A DNA stretch of 32,000 bases from Propionibacterium ruminifibrarum (GCF_900289195.1 NZ_OMOH01000014.1:17488-49487), one strand, 5' to 3'. Positions 16,189 to 24,868 are shown, numbered from the stretch's first letter. Program-made: numbers and translations. Notes: a model not told the origin generated them from the letters alone.

Positions 16189-17953
16189 GCCGGGCTCCTG
16201 TCATCGTCTGGTTCTGCGCGGCCCACAGCTCGGCGTACTGCCCGCCGGCCGCCAGCAGCTGGTCGTGGGTGCCGACCTCGGCGACTCGCCCGCCGTCCAC
16301 GACGGCGATCTGGTCGGCGCTGCGGATGGTCGACAGCCGGTGGGCGATCATCACGACCGTCCTGCCCCGGGCCAGGGCGGTGATGGCCCGCTGGATCTCC
16401 AGCTCGGAGTGGGCGTCGGCCTGGGCCGTGGCCTCGTCGAGGATGAGGATCGGGGGAGCGGCCAGGAAGGCGCGGGCGATGGTCAGGCGCTGCGCCTCGC
16501 CGCCGGACAGGAAACCGGCGCCCTCCCCGAGCATCGTGTCGTAGCCGTCGGGCAGCGTCATGATCCTCTCGTGGATGTGCGCCGCCCGGGCTGCCTCGAC
16601 GATCTCATCGCGGGTGGCATCGGGCCTGCCCAGGGCGATGTTTTGGGCGACCGTGTCGGTGGCGGTCATGATCTCCTGGAAGACGAGCGACATCGAGCTC
16701 ATGAGCTGCTGGTTCGTCTGGTCGCGCACGTCGACGCCGCCGATTTTGATCCGGCCCGAGTCGACGTCCCAGAAGCGGGCGATGAGTTTGGCCAGCGTCG
16801 ACTTGCCACCGCCGGAGGGGCCGACGAGCGCGGTCACTGTGCCGGGACGGCAGGTGAGGCTGACGTCCTTGATGACCGGTGTGCCGGGCTCGTACGAGAA
16901 GGACACGTGCTCCAGCTCGATGAGGGAGCGGTCGGCGGTGTACACGGCCGGGGCGGCCGGCTCGGGCAGTTCCTCGGCTGACAGTACGTCGAGGGTTGAC
17001 CGCGCCGCCTCGGCCGCCGCGTAGACCTGCTGGAAGATCTGCACCAGCGCCATGAGGCCCTCGGGGATGCCCACCCAGACGAGGGCGAAGGCGAGCACCG
17101 TGAGGGGCTGGGTCCATCCCATGCGGACGAACCAGTAGCCGATGCCGGTGGTGAGGGCCAGGATCGTGGCCGGCTGCATGGCCGCGCCGACGATCGCCAC
17201 CCCGATTCCCGAGGAGTTCATCCACTCCATTGAGACGTCGGCGTGCCGCCTGCGGGCGGCGTCGAAACGGCCGAACACCGTGGCGGTCATGCCGAAGTTC
17301 TTGACCTCCTTGATGCCGTCGACCATCTCGACGGTCACCGCGGCGAGTTCGCGTTCGGCGGCCGAGTAGTCCTCGAAGCTCCTGCCCATGGCCCGCAGGC
17401 TCGGCAGCATGCACAGGGCGAGCAGCAGCAGCCAGCCGGCGATGAGCGCCCCGGCGAGGCGGGCGTCCAGCCACAGCAGATAGCCGAAGCCCACGACGAC
17501 GACCCCCAGGGTGTTCGCCAGGTCGCCCGACAGGTGCGTGACGAGTGAGTGGATCGAGCTGGTGTCCGAGGTGATCGCCTTGCGGACCACGCCGCTGGAC
17601 CGGTCGTTGAACCAGCCGAGCGGCACGTGCTTGAGCTTGTCGACCAGGCGCAGCCGCAGCTCGTAGCGCAGCGCCGCCTCGGTGCGGTGGTTCGCGCCGA
17701 CGGCGCCCGTGTAGGCGACCCCGTGCACGACCATGGCGGCGGCGGACGCCACGACCCAGCCCCACAGGTGGGCCCGTGGCGCGCCCGACCAGAGCCCCCG
17801 GGCGATCTCGACCAGCCCGATGTACGGCACGATCTTCAGGGCCGAGCCGATGAAGGCGGCCAGGCCGCCGAGCAGCATCGAGCGGTGCGCGCCGGCGGTC
17901 AGCTCCCAGACGTTCTTCGGCGGCCTGCCGGCCGCAGGTGGTGGTGTGCTCAT
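16181..17953 (-). CDS. ABC transporter permease/ATP-binding protein (type-I exporter fold half-transporter), subunit 1
   Basis: ATG 17953 (MSTPPPAAGRPPKNVWEL...) is preceded by GAGGAGGGAAG. It has a TMD plus an NBD with Walker A GPSGGGKST, signature LSGGEAQRL, Walker B ILILDEATAQAD and H-loop MIAHRL. The 18496 extension is an Arg/Pro-rich shadow frame. Confidence 0.85.
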   Translation of the reverse strand: MSTPPPAAGRPPKNVWELTAGAHRSMLLGGLAAFIGSALKIVPYIGLVEIARGLWSGAPRAHLWGWVVASAAAMVVHGVAYTGAVGANHRTEAALRYELRLRLVDKLKHVPLGWFNDRSSGVVRKAITSDTSSIHSLVTHLSGDLANTLGVVVVGFGYLLWLDARLAGALIAGWLLLLALCMLPSLRAMGRSFEDYSAAERELAAVTVEMVDGIKEVKNFGMTATVFGRFDAARRRHADVSMEWMNSSGIGVAIVGAAMQPATILALTTGIGYWFVRMGWTQPLTVLAFALVWVGIPEGLMALVQIFQQVYAAAEAARSTLDVLSAEELPEPAAPAVYTADRSLIELEHVSFSYEPGTPVIKDVSLTCRPGTVTALVGPSGGGKSTLAKLIARFWDVDSGRIKIGGVDVRDQTNQQLMSSMSLVFQEIMTATDTVAQNIALGRPDATRDEIVEAARAAHIHERIMTLPDGYDTMLGEGAGFLSGGEAQRLTIARAFLAAPPILILDEATAQADAHSELEIQRAITALARGRTVVMIAHRLSTIRSADQIAVVDGGRVAEVGTHDQLLAAGGQYAELWAAQNQTMTGARHA

Positions 17954-17985
17954 GGAACGCTTCCCTCCTCGACGGGCGGGGCCGG

Positions 17986-18630
17986 TCAGACGATGCCGGC
18001 CCGCTTGAACTGCTTCCTCGTCAGCGCGCGGCCCCAGTGGCAGCCGATGACCGCGGCCACGACGCCGAGCACGCAGAACACGGCCATCGTCAGCGGGTTC
18101 AGCAGCTCCGTGCCCGCGCGGGCCACCTCGAGGGCGGCGTTGTCGGCGTACTGGTCCAGGTAGGCCTGCTTCATCCAGACGAAGGGGATGTACTCGCCGA
18201 TCGCGTAGCAGGCGATGAAGGCGCTGTAGGCGACGGTCATCGCGCGGAAGGAGCGGCGCCCGAGCCGGGAGTAGATGAGTTCGGCGACGACACCGCCGAG
18301 GATCGTCATGTAGCACATGGAGCCGCCGGGGGCCATCGTGATGAGGCACAGGCCGAGGATGAGGCCGGTGATGAGGAACGAGCCGGGGCGCTGCACCTTG
18401 CCGAGCAGGACGGTGAAGACCAGGCCGCCGAACAGGCCGAAGATCACCGGCAGCAGCACCATGATGATCGGCACGGCGGCCATGACCATGCCGCACAGCA
18501 TGAACAGCACGATGTACAGGGCGATGAACACGCCCATCGTCACGTAGTCGCGGACCGCCGAGTTCTTGTACCGGGCCCGCTCCTGGGGCGCCGTGCGGCC
18601 CTGGGCGGTGTCGGGTTCGGTCTGGCTCAT
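17986..18630 (-). CDS. Putative ECF transporter S component (MptD / Trep_Strep TIGR02185-like)
   Basis: ATG 18630 forms an ATGA overlap with the ATPase stop. The product is 214 aa with about 6 TM segments and a C-terminal tail RKQFKRAGIV, which I recall as typical of the Trep_Strep family. It sits directly after the ECF A-A' and T genes. Confidence 0.7.
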   Translation of the reverse strand: MSQTEPDTAQGRTAPQERARYKNSAVRDYVTMGVFIALYIVLFMLCGMVMAAVPIIMVLLPVIFGLFGGLVFTVLLGKVQRPGSFLITGLILGLCLITMAPGGSMCYMTILGGVVAELIYSRLGRRSFRAMTVAYSAFIACYAIGEYIPFVWMKQAYLDQYADNAALEVARAGTELLNPLTMAVFCVLGVVAAVIGCHWGRALTRKQFKRAGIV

Positions 18631-20111
18631 GGATGTCTCCGTTCTGTCGAGGGTTGCCGGGTGCCGCCGTGCGGGCCGCAGGTGACGGCTTCCAGCCGCA
18701 TCCGGCGGTCGCCGATGCGGATCACGTGGTCGAAGGTCTCGGCGGCGAACTCGGTGTCGTGGGTGATGACGAGCACGAGCGCGCCCTCCTCGGCGACCTG
18801 CCGCAGCAGTCCCGAGAGGGCGCGCATGGCGGCTGCGTCGAGGCCGCTGGTGGGTTCGTCGAGGCAGATGACCGGGGCCTGTTTCATGCAGGCCAGGGCG
18901 ATGCCCACGCGCTGCTTCTGGCCGCCGGAGAGGGTCAGGGGGTGCTGCCCGGCCAGCGCGTCGAGCCCCATCCGGGCGAGCAGCTCGTCGGCCCGCCGTC
19001 GGGTCCGCTCGCCCGGTTCGGGGCCGATGAGCAGTTCGGCGCGCACCGATTCGCCGAGCAGCTGGTACTCGACGTCCTGCATGACGTAGGCGCACTGGCG
19101 GGTGCGCCGGCGGCGCGGCCAGTCGGAGCCGCCGAGCCGGACACGGGCGCCCCGGCAGGCGAGCAGGCCGAGGACGAACCTGACGAGCGTCGTCTTGCCG
19201 CAGCCGTTGGCGCCGGTGACGCCCACCACGCCGCGGGCGGGCAGGTGAAGGTCGTCGATGCTCCACAGCACGTCGTGGCCGGGGTGGGCGAAGCGGGCCG
19301 AGGCGATGTGCAGGCCGCCGTCCGGGATCGGCCCGGTGCACGGGCGCGACTCGAGGGCGGGCGGGTGCAGCCGGCGCAGGCCCCGGTCGGTGAACCACTG
19401 GGCGTCCCGGGCGGCGATGTCGTCGGCGCCCAGGTCGGTGACGACACGGCCGTGGTCCATGACGACGACACGGTCGAGGACGCCGTCCAGGTAGCCGAGG
19501 CGGTGGTCGGCGACAACCACCGTCACCCCGCGGGCCCTGAGCGAGCCGATCACCCCGGTGAGCATCGCCAGGGCCTCGGTGTCGAGGTTGGCCGAGGGCT
19601 CGTCGAAGAGCAGGATGCGCGGGCGCATCATGAGGGCGGCGCCGATGGCGACCTTCTGCTTCTCGCCGCTGGACAGTCTCGCGAGCCCCCGTCCCAGCAG
19701 GTGTTCGAGGCCCACCGCCGCCGCAGTCTCGTCGATCCGCCGGGTGATCTCGGCCGGCTCGATGCCCGCGTTCTCGCAGGGGAAGGCCAGCTCGCTGCGC
19801 ACGTCGAAGGTGAAGAATTCCGAGCGGGGGTCCTGGAAGACGTAGCCGACACGGGACGCCAGCTCGGCCGTGGTGTACTGCGCCACCGGCGAGCCGTCGA
19901 CGAGTACCCCGCCGCGTGTCTGCGCCTCATGGAACCCGGGAACGAGCCCGTTGATCGAGCGCAGGGCGGTGGTCTTGCCGCACCCCGAGGGGCCGGTGAG
20001 CAGGACGGTCTGCCCGTCGGGGATCAGCAGGTCGATGCCCTCCAGGGCCGGCGGCAGGGGGCCGTCGTCGCCCAGGTAGGCGACGCGGAACTGCTGGAAC
20101 TCGATGCCCAT
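18627..20111 (-). CDS. ECF-type fused tandem ATPase (EcfA-EcfA' duplicated ABC domains)
   Basis: Two complete NBDs are present: GPSGCGKTT / LSSGEKQKV / ILLFDEPSANLD, and GANGCGKTT / LSGGQKQRV / VICLDEPTSGLD. There is no TMD. Confidence 0.85.
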   Translation of the reverse strand: MGIEFQQFRVAYLGDDGPLPPALEGIDLLIPDGQTVLLTGPSGCGKTTALRSINGLVPGFHEAQTRGGVLVDGSPVAQYTTAELASRVGYVFQDPRSEFFTFDVRSELAFPCENAGIEPAEITRRIDETAAAVGLEHLLGRGLARLSSGEKQKVAIGAALMMRPRILLFDEPSANLDTEALAMLTGVIGSLRARGVTVVVADHRLGYLDGVLDRVVVMDHGRVVTDLGADDIAARDAQWFTDRGLRRLHPPALESRPCTGPIPDGGLHIASARFAHPGHDVLWSIDDLHLPARGVVGVTGANGCGKTTLVRFVLGLLACRGARVRLGGSDWPRRRRTRQCAYVMQDVEYQLLGESVRAELLIGPEPGERTRRRADELLARMGLDALAGQHPLTLSGGQKQRVGIALACMKQAPVICLDEPTSGLDAAAMRALSGLLRQVAEEGALVLVITHDTEFAAETFDHVIRIGDRRMRLEAVTCGPHGGTRQPSTERRHP

Positions 20112-20112
20112 C

Positions 20113-20871
20113 TCAGCCGACCAGCACCTTCAGCCCGGCGACGGCCGCGACGCAGGCGCCCGCCAGCGCCACGTCGACGGGCTGGACGCGCGGCGCGACC
20201 AGGGCGGTGCGGCGGGCGTCTGGGTCGAGCCCCTTGCAGACTGCGACGGCCGCCAGCTCGTCGGCGATCCGGCCGGTGCGCATGAGCACCGGGACGACGA
20301 GATGCTCGCACTGGGTGACCGGGTGCCGCACCCAGCGCCGCCAGGCGGGCTGGGCGTGGCGCAGCCGTGCGCCGGAGCGGATCACGCGGATCTCGCCCAC
20401 GAGGGTGGGCACGTAGCGGTAGACGACGATGAGGACGACCAGGAGCGTTCCGGGCACGAGCAGTTTCTGCATCGCCGCCATGACCTCGCCCATCGGGAGC
20501 GAGCGGAACACGAGCCAACCGGTGACGTAGATCGGGTAGGCCTTGACGACGAGGGTGAGTGCGATGCCGAGGAAGGGCACCAGGGGGATGGCGCCGCCGA
20601 TGGTGCACAGCCGCTGGGCGATCAGCAGGAGCGCGTAGACGGCGCCCAGCTTCCAGGCGCCCCGGGCCGCGCCGAGCAGGAGGCACAGGGTGAGCGCGAA
20701 GAGGGTGGCAAGCACCGAGCCGAGGCCGGTGCGGACGACGGCCGACTCGACGGCCATCGCCGCGATCATCACGAGGCCGGCCCTCAGATCGGGCTTGGCA
20801 GGGGCCGCGGCCTGGGTGGTGTCGCGGTGAGTGGGCGACAGCGCCTGCGCTGTGCTGGTTATCAGATCCAC
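20113..20871 (-). CDS. ECF transporter transmembrane (T) component, EcfT/CbiQ family
   Basis: 252-aa membrane protein with coupling-helix-like Arg motifs (IRVIRSGARLR, MRTGRIADELAAVAVCKG). Its stop lies 1 nt before the ATPase start. The GTG start at 20871 is uncertain and its SD is weak. Confidence 0.7.
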   Translation of the reverse strand: MDLITSTAQALSPTHRDTTQAAAPAKPDLRAGLVMIAAMAVESAVVRTGLGSVLATLFALTLCLLLGAARGAWKLGAVYALLLIAQRLCTIGGAIPLVPFLGIALTLVVKAYPIYVTGWLVFRSLPMGEVMAAMQKLLVPGTLLVVLIVVYRYVPTLVGEIRVIRSGARLRHAQPAWRRWVRHPVTQCEHLVVPVLMRTGRIADELAAVAVCKGLDPDARRTALVAPRVQPVDVALAGACVAAVAGLKVLVG

Positions 20872-21116
20872 CGATCCGACGTTACCTTCTTAGGTGAGCC
20901 TTCGCTATATGCATGTCGTATTGCTCAATGTCGGCGTGGCTACTGTCGTGACCGGGCGTAAGACCTTGTTCGCCGGGTAATCCCCGTTCTGGTGGCCGGG
21001 AGACGATCCCGCGGGCGAAAGCGATGCCCGGGGCCCGCCCCGTCAGAGTTGGACGGAGCCGTGCCCAGCAGCTGGAACCCGTCATCGTGCTCCGGCGCGC
21101 AGGTAGCCTAGGCCAC

Positions 21117-21980
21117 GTGAGTCATGAGCCCAGGCGCGCCGCCGAGCCCGTCCAGGATGCGCCCGCCGACCTTCTCGCCCCGCATGGCGCCGCCGACGAG
21201 CATCCCGGAGCCTCCACCCGGGCCGCCGGGGCGCCGGGTGATGCCCTGGCCGCCGTCCCGGCCGATGAGGAGAAGGACTGGTGGGACGACCCCGCCATGC
21301 CCTGGCGGCACAAACCCGGCAGGTCCGACATCGCCTGTCTCGCCTGGATGGGCGTCATCGGTGTCGTCGGCCTCGCCATGATGCCGCTGCGGGCCTGGCT
21401 GCTCGGCGCCGTCGGCCGCATCCCCGTGCTGGTGGCCGTCACCGGCTCACGCACTGGCGCCGCCACGTTCGGCGCCGTGATGAGCGAGGGCGGCTACCGC
21501 TCGATGATCCCCTGGGTGCTCGTCCTGGTGGCCGGCACCGTCACGAGTTGCAAGTTCGACTGGGTGTATTGGTGGGCCGGCAAGCTGTGGGGCCGCGGCA
21601 TGATCGAGGTCTGGGCCGGCCGCTCCGAACGCGCCCGGCGCCGCTACGAGAGGGTCGAACGCTGGGCCGACAAGGCCGGCTGGCTCGGCATGTTCCTGGC
21701 CTACGTGCCCATCCCGCTGCCGCTCATGGCCGTCGTCTTCGTCCTGGCCGGGGCCAACCGGATGAGCGTGCGGCGCTTCCTCGCCATGGACTGCACCGTC
21801 TGCCTCATCTGGCTGCTCGGCTGCACCGGCATCGGCTACCTGGTCGGCGCACCCATCACCGCGGTGCTCGATGTCTACTCCAGGATCGCCAACTACGTGG
21901 CGATCGCCCTCGTCGTGGTCGTCTTCGTCGTCGCCTTCGGCAGCTCCTGGCGCAAGAGCAGGGAAGCGGCGCGGGCCTGA
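21117..21980 (+). CDS. DedA/VTT-domain family membrane protein
   Basis: DedA-like core (WAGKLWGRGMIEVW, GMFLAYVPIPLPLMAVVFVLAG). GC3 stays high from GTG 21117 onwards and is poorer upstream. The start is uncertain (alternatives 21024 or ATG 21297). Confidence 0.55.
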   Translation: MSHEPRRAAEPVQDAPADLLAPHGAADEHPGASTRAAGAPGDALAAVPADEEKDWWDDPAMPWRHKPGRSDIACLAWMGVIGVVGLAMMPLRAWLLGAVGRIPVLVAVTGSRTGAATFGAVMSEGGYRSMIPWVLVLVAGTVTSCKFDWVYWWAGKLWGRGMIEVWAGRSERARRRYERVERWADKAGWLGMFLAYVPIPLPLMAVVFVLAGANRMSVRRFLAMDCTVCLIWLLGCTGIGYLVGAPITAVLDVYSRIANYVAIALVVVVFVVAFGSSWRKSREAARA

Positions 21981-22003
21981 CGCCGCCCCGGCGCCGCCCG
22001 TCC

Positions 22004-22522
22004 TCAGCCCCGGCGTTCCGCCAGCGCCCGTAGGTAGCCCTCGTACGCCTCGTCGCCGAAGGCCACGAGGATCGCCGTGCCCACCCGCGTGGGCGTCTCG
22101 GCGAGCGTGTCCACCGCGATGCGGGTCGCGTCCGCCGTCGGCCACCCGTAGACACCGGCCGAGATCGTGGGGAAGGCGACACTGGCCGCGCCCAGCTCGT
22201 CGGCCACTGCCAGGCAGTTGCGGTAGCAGTCGGCGAGGACCTGCGCACGGTCCTGGGTGCGGGAGAAGACCGGGCCGGCGGTGTGGATCACCCAGCGCGC
22301 CGGCAACCGCCCGGCCGTCGTCGCCACGGCCTGCCCGCGCGGCAGCCCGTCGGGCAGGCTCGTCGCCCGTAACTCTCGGCAGGCCTCCAGCACGGCCGGG
22401 CCGCCTGCCCGGTGGATGGCGCCGTCCACCCCGCCGCCGCCCAGCAGCGATGGGTTCGCGGCGTTGACGATGGCATCGGCCGCTACCGTGGTGATGTCTG
22501 CGCGCACGACCTGAATGTCCAT
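22004..22522 (-). CDS. ymdB: Macro-domain protein (O-acetyl-ADP-ribose deacetylase, YmdB-like)
   Basis: 172 aa with macro-domain motifs DAIVNAANPSLLGGGGVDGAIH and VAFPTISAGVYGWP. Confidence 0.85.
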   Translation of the reverse strand: MDIQVVRADITTVAADAIVNAANPSLLGGGGVDGAIHRAGGPAVLEACRELRATSLPDGLPRGQAVATTAGRLPARWVIHTAGPVFSRTQDRAQVLADCYRNCLAVADELGAASVAFPTISAGVYGWPTADATRIAVDTLAETPTRVGTAILVAFGDEAYEGYLRALAERRG

Positions 22523-22548
22523 GAGGTCATTGTGACGCGGAGGGATCG

Positions 22549-22577
22549 ATTGGTCACGACGCGGGTCGGTAATAATG
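22549..22577 (+). promoter_or_regulatory. Candidate promoter for the small membrane protein / K+ channel pair
   Basis: TTGGTC (22549-22554), 17-nt spacer, TAATGT (22572-22577, fits TANNNT), 29 nt before ATG 22606. GGAG lies 5 nt before the ATG. Confidence 0.35.
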
Positions 22578-22605
22578 TGGGCGAGAGCGTCAGGATCGGA
22601 GTGTC

Positions 22606-22989
22606 ATGAACCTGGAAAAAGTCGTCTTCGGCTTCTTCGTCACCCTTGCCGCCACACTGAACCTCGGCTTCTTCCTGGGGCGGATCGACGACCCGGCCCA
22701 GCACAACGGCTATGAGCTGGCAGCGGCACTGGTCGTGAGCCTCATCACCACCGTGCTGAAGTTCGGCGACCGCACCCAGTTGGGCGCCGTCCACCTGGCC
22801 ACCTCGCTGGTCGCGGACCTTCAGCTGGCGGCCGCCGCGATCATCTGGGTGTGGGCGACCCAGATCGCCGCGACGACGATGACGTCCGAGCACATCTCCC
22901 TCATCGTCTCGATGTCGGGCGGCGCCCTGCTGGCCAATCTCATCTCGGTCGTCCTCCTGATCAGCGAGATCATCCAGATCAGGCGTTGA
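22606..22989 (+). CDS. Small 4-TM membrane protein of unknown function
   Basis: 127 aa with four hydrophobic segments. Its stop lies 7 nt before the channel ATG. Confidence 0.6.
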   Translation: MNLEKVVFGFFVTLAATLNLGFFLGRIDDPAQHNGYELAAALVVSLITTVLKFGDRTQLGAVHLATSLVADLQLAAAAIIWVWATQIAATTMTSEHISLIVSMSGGALLANLISVVLLISEIIQIRR

Positions 22990-22996
22990 GTCCGCC

Positions 22997-24739
22997 ATGC
23001 CCGCAAGCTCAACGCGGACGCGCCGCCAAGGGGCGTTGACCGACGTCTTCTTCCTCATCCTGCGAAGGATGCGGTTCCCGCTGCTCTTGCTCGTCGGGAT
23101 CTACGCGGTGTGCACCATCGGGCTGAGCCTCATCCCCGGCGTCGACGCACAGGGCAATCCCACCGAGCCGATGGACATGTTCACGGCCTTCTACGTCGTG
23201 AGCTTCACCGGCACGACGATCGGGCTCGGCGAGATCCCGGAGGCCTACTCCACGGCCCAGCGACTGTGGATGCTCGGCACGATCTACGCGACCGTCATCG
23301 GCTGGTACTACTCGCTGGTGAGCATCCTGGCCCTGCTGCAGGAGAACTCCTTCCAGAACGCCGTGCGCCAGTCCCGCGGCGTCCGCAAGATCTACTCGAT
23401 CCGCGAGCCCTTCTACATCGTCGTCGGCGCCGGCGAGACCGGCACGCTCGTCTGCCACGGCCTCGACCGTCTCAACCTGCGGTTCGTCGTCATCGAACGC
23501 GACGATGAACGGCTGGCCCGGCTGCGGCTGGAGGAGTTCCACCAGGACCCGCCGCTCATCGCCGCCGACGCCTCCCAGCCGCAGGTGCTGGCGAACGCGG
23601 GCCTGCTCGCACCGCACTGCCGCGGCGTCATGGCCCTGACCGACGACGACGAGAAGAACCAGGCCATCGCCGTCACCACCCGGCTGCTCGCCCCGCGCGT
23701 CGCCGTCCTGGCGCGCATCCGCAACCAGGAGACCGAGACCCATGTCGGTGTCTTCGGCGGCGACCTGGTCGTCAACCCCTTCGAACGGTTCGCGCGCCAG
23801 CTCACCGCCGCCATCACGACCCCCGAGCGCTACCGGCTCCGCGAGACCCTCGTCGGGCTCAAGGGCGAGCCGATGCCAGAACCCCGCCAGCCGCCGCGCG
23901 GCAAGTGGATCATGTGCGGGTTCGGGCGCTTCGGCCACGCCATGGTCGAGGAGCTGCGCGGTTCGGGCATCGAGGTGTCGGTCATCGACATCGCCCACTA
24001 CGACGAGGGCGGCGTGGACGTGCGCGGTTCGGGCATCGACTCCGAGTCGCTACTCGCCGCCGGCGTCAAGGAGGCCGACGGCCTCGTCGCCGGCAACGCG
24101 TCCGACACGAAGAACCTCGCCATCGCCGTGACCGCCCGCGACCTTAACCCCGACATCTTCATCGTCACCCGCCAGAACCAGACCGCCAACGCACCGCTGT
24201 TCGACGCCTTCACCGATGACCTGTCCATGGTGCCGAGCCACATCGTCGCCCAGGAGTTCCTGGCGCGCATCACCACGCCCCTGCTCGGCCAGTACCTCAA
24301 GCGCATCAGCCAGTACTCCGAGAAGGAGTGCAAGCTGCTGTGCGACCGGCTGGCCCGTTACGGGCGCGGCCGCATCCCGGAGCTGTGGGACGTCGTACTG
24401 CGCCACCACGGCGCCGAGGCGGTCTGCGAGGTGCTGGCTCAGGGCCGCACCGTCACGGTGGAGCACCTGCTGACGGATCCGACCTCGCGCGGCTGGCGCA
24501 GCGAGGCCGTCGTCCTCATGATCCGGCGCGGCGCCAAGACGATCGACCGGCCGGGTCCCGAGTTCGAACTGAAGACCGGCGACCGGCTGCTCGTCGCCGG
24601 CTCGGTGCGCGGGCGCATCGACGTCGAGGTCGTGCTGCGCAACCCCAACGCGCTCTGCTACGTGCAGACCGGGCAGGAGGGCACCGGCGGTGCCCTGTGG
24701 CGGAGGATCAGCCAGGCCCGCCGCAGGCGCAACGGCTGA
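22997..24739 (+). CDS. 2TM K+-channel-family protein with tandem RCK (TrkA-N) domains and TrkA-C-like tail
   Basis: TM1, pore helix and filter (FYVVSFTGTTIGLGEIP), then TM2. Two Rossmann motifs follow (IVVGAGETG and IMCGFGRFG). The C-terminal KTGDRLLVAGS resembles TrkA-C. Confidence 0.8.
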   Translation: MPASSTRTRRQGALTDVFFLILRRMRFPLLLLVGIYAVCTIGLSLIPGVDAQGNPTEPMDMFTAFYVVSFTGTTIGLGEIPEAYSTAQRLWMLGTIYATVIGWYYSLVSILALLQENSFQNAVRQSRGVRKIYSIREPFYIVVGAGETGTLVCHGLDRLNLRFVVIERDDERLARLRLEEFHQDPPLIAADASQPQVLANAGLLAPHCRGVMALTDDDEKNQAIAVTTRLLAPRVAVLARIRNQETETHVGVFGGDLVVNPFERFARQLTAAITTPERYRLRETLVGLKGEPMPEPRQPPRGKWIMCGFGRFGHAMVEELRGSGIEVSVIDIAHYDEGGVDVRGSGIDSESLLAAGVKEADGLVAGNASDTKNLAIAVTARDLNPDIFIVTRQNQTANAPLFDAFTDDLSMVPSHIVAQEFLARITTPLLGQYLKRISQYSEKECKLLCDRLARYGRGRIPELWDVVLRHHGAEAVCEVLAQGRTVTVEHLLTDPTSRGWRSEAVVLMIRRGAKTIDRPGPEFELKTGDRLLVAGSVRGRIDVEVVLRNPNALCYVQTGQEGTGGALWRRISQARRRRNG

Positions 24740-24774
24740 CGGGACATCGCTGCTGCGATGACGTCCTTGCCCCG

Positions 24775-24792
24775 GCCGCCCCGCTCGGGGCG
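24775..24792 (+). terminator. Short GC hairpin after channel gene
   Basis: CCGCCCC-GCTC-GGGGCGG, 36 nt after the stop at 24739. Confidence 0.4.
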
Positions 24793-24834
24793 GGGGGCTG
24801 TCGCTCTCCTCTCCTGGTGTTCGCCGTGGTAAGT

Positions 24835-24859
24835 CCCGGCCGTCCCCGGCGGGGCCGGG
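24835..24859 (-). terminator. GC hairpin after MMPL gene
   Basis: CCCGGCC ... GGCCGGG, 7-bp arms, 10 nt beyond the MMPL stop (24869) on the minus strand. Confidence 0.4.
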
Positions 24860-24868
24860 CGAGGGATG

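Noticed and set aside
16181-20111. Possibility that the many overlapping ORFs in the ABC/ECF region hide a frameshifted pseudogene.
   Set aside because: Each of the five genes is intact, with a complete motif set and sensible start/stop coupling. No frame disruption is needed to explain the sequence.
20950-21060. TPP or cobalamin riboswitch in the ECF operon leader. The minus strand contains GGGGATTACCCGGCGAACAAGG and AGTAGCCACG.
   Set aside because: It lacks the TPP CUGAGA / ACCCUUUGAACCUGAUC elements and the cobalamin GGGAA / GCCACUG context. The resemblance is too short to support a call.
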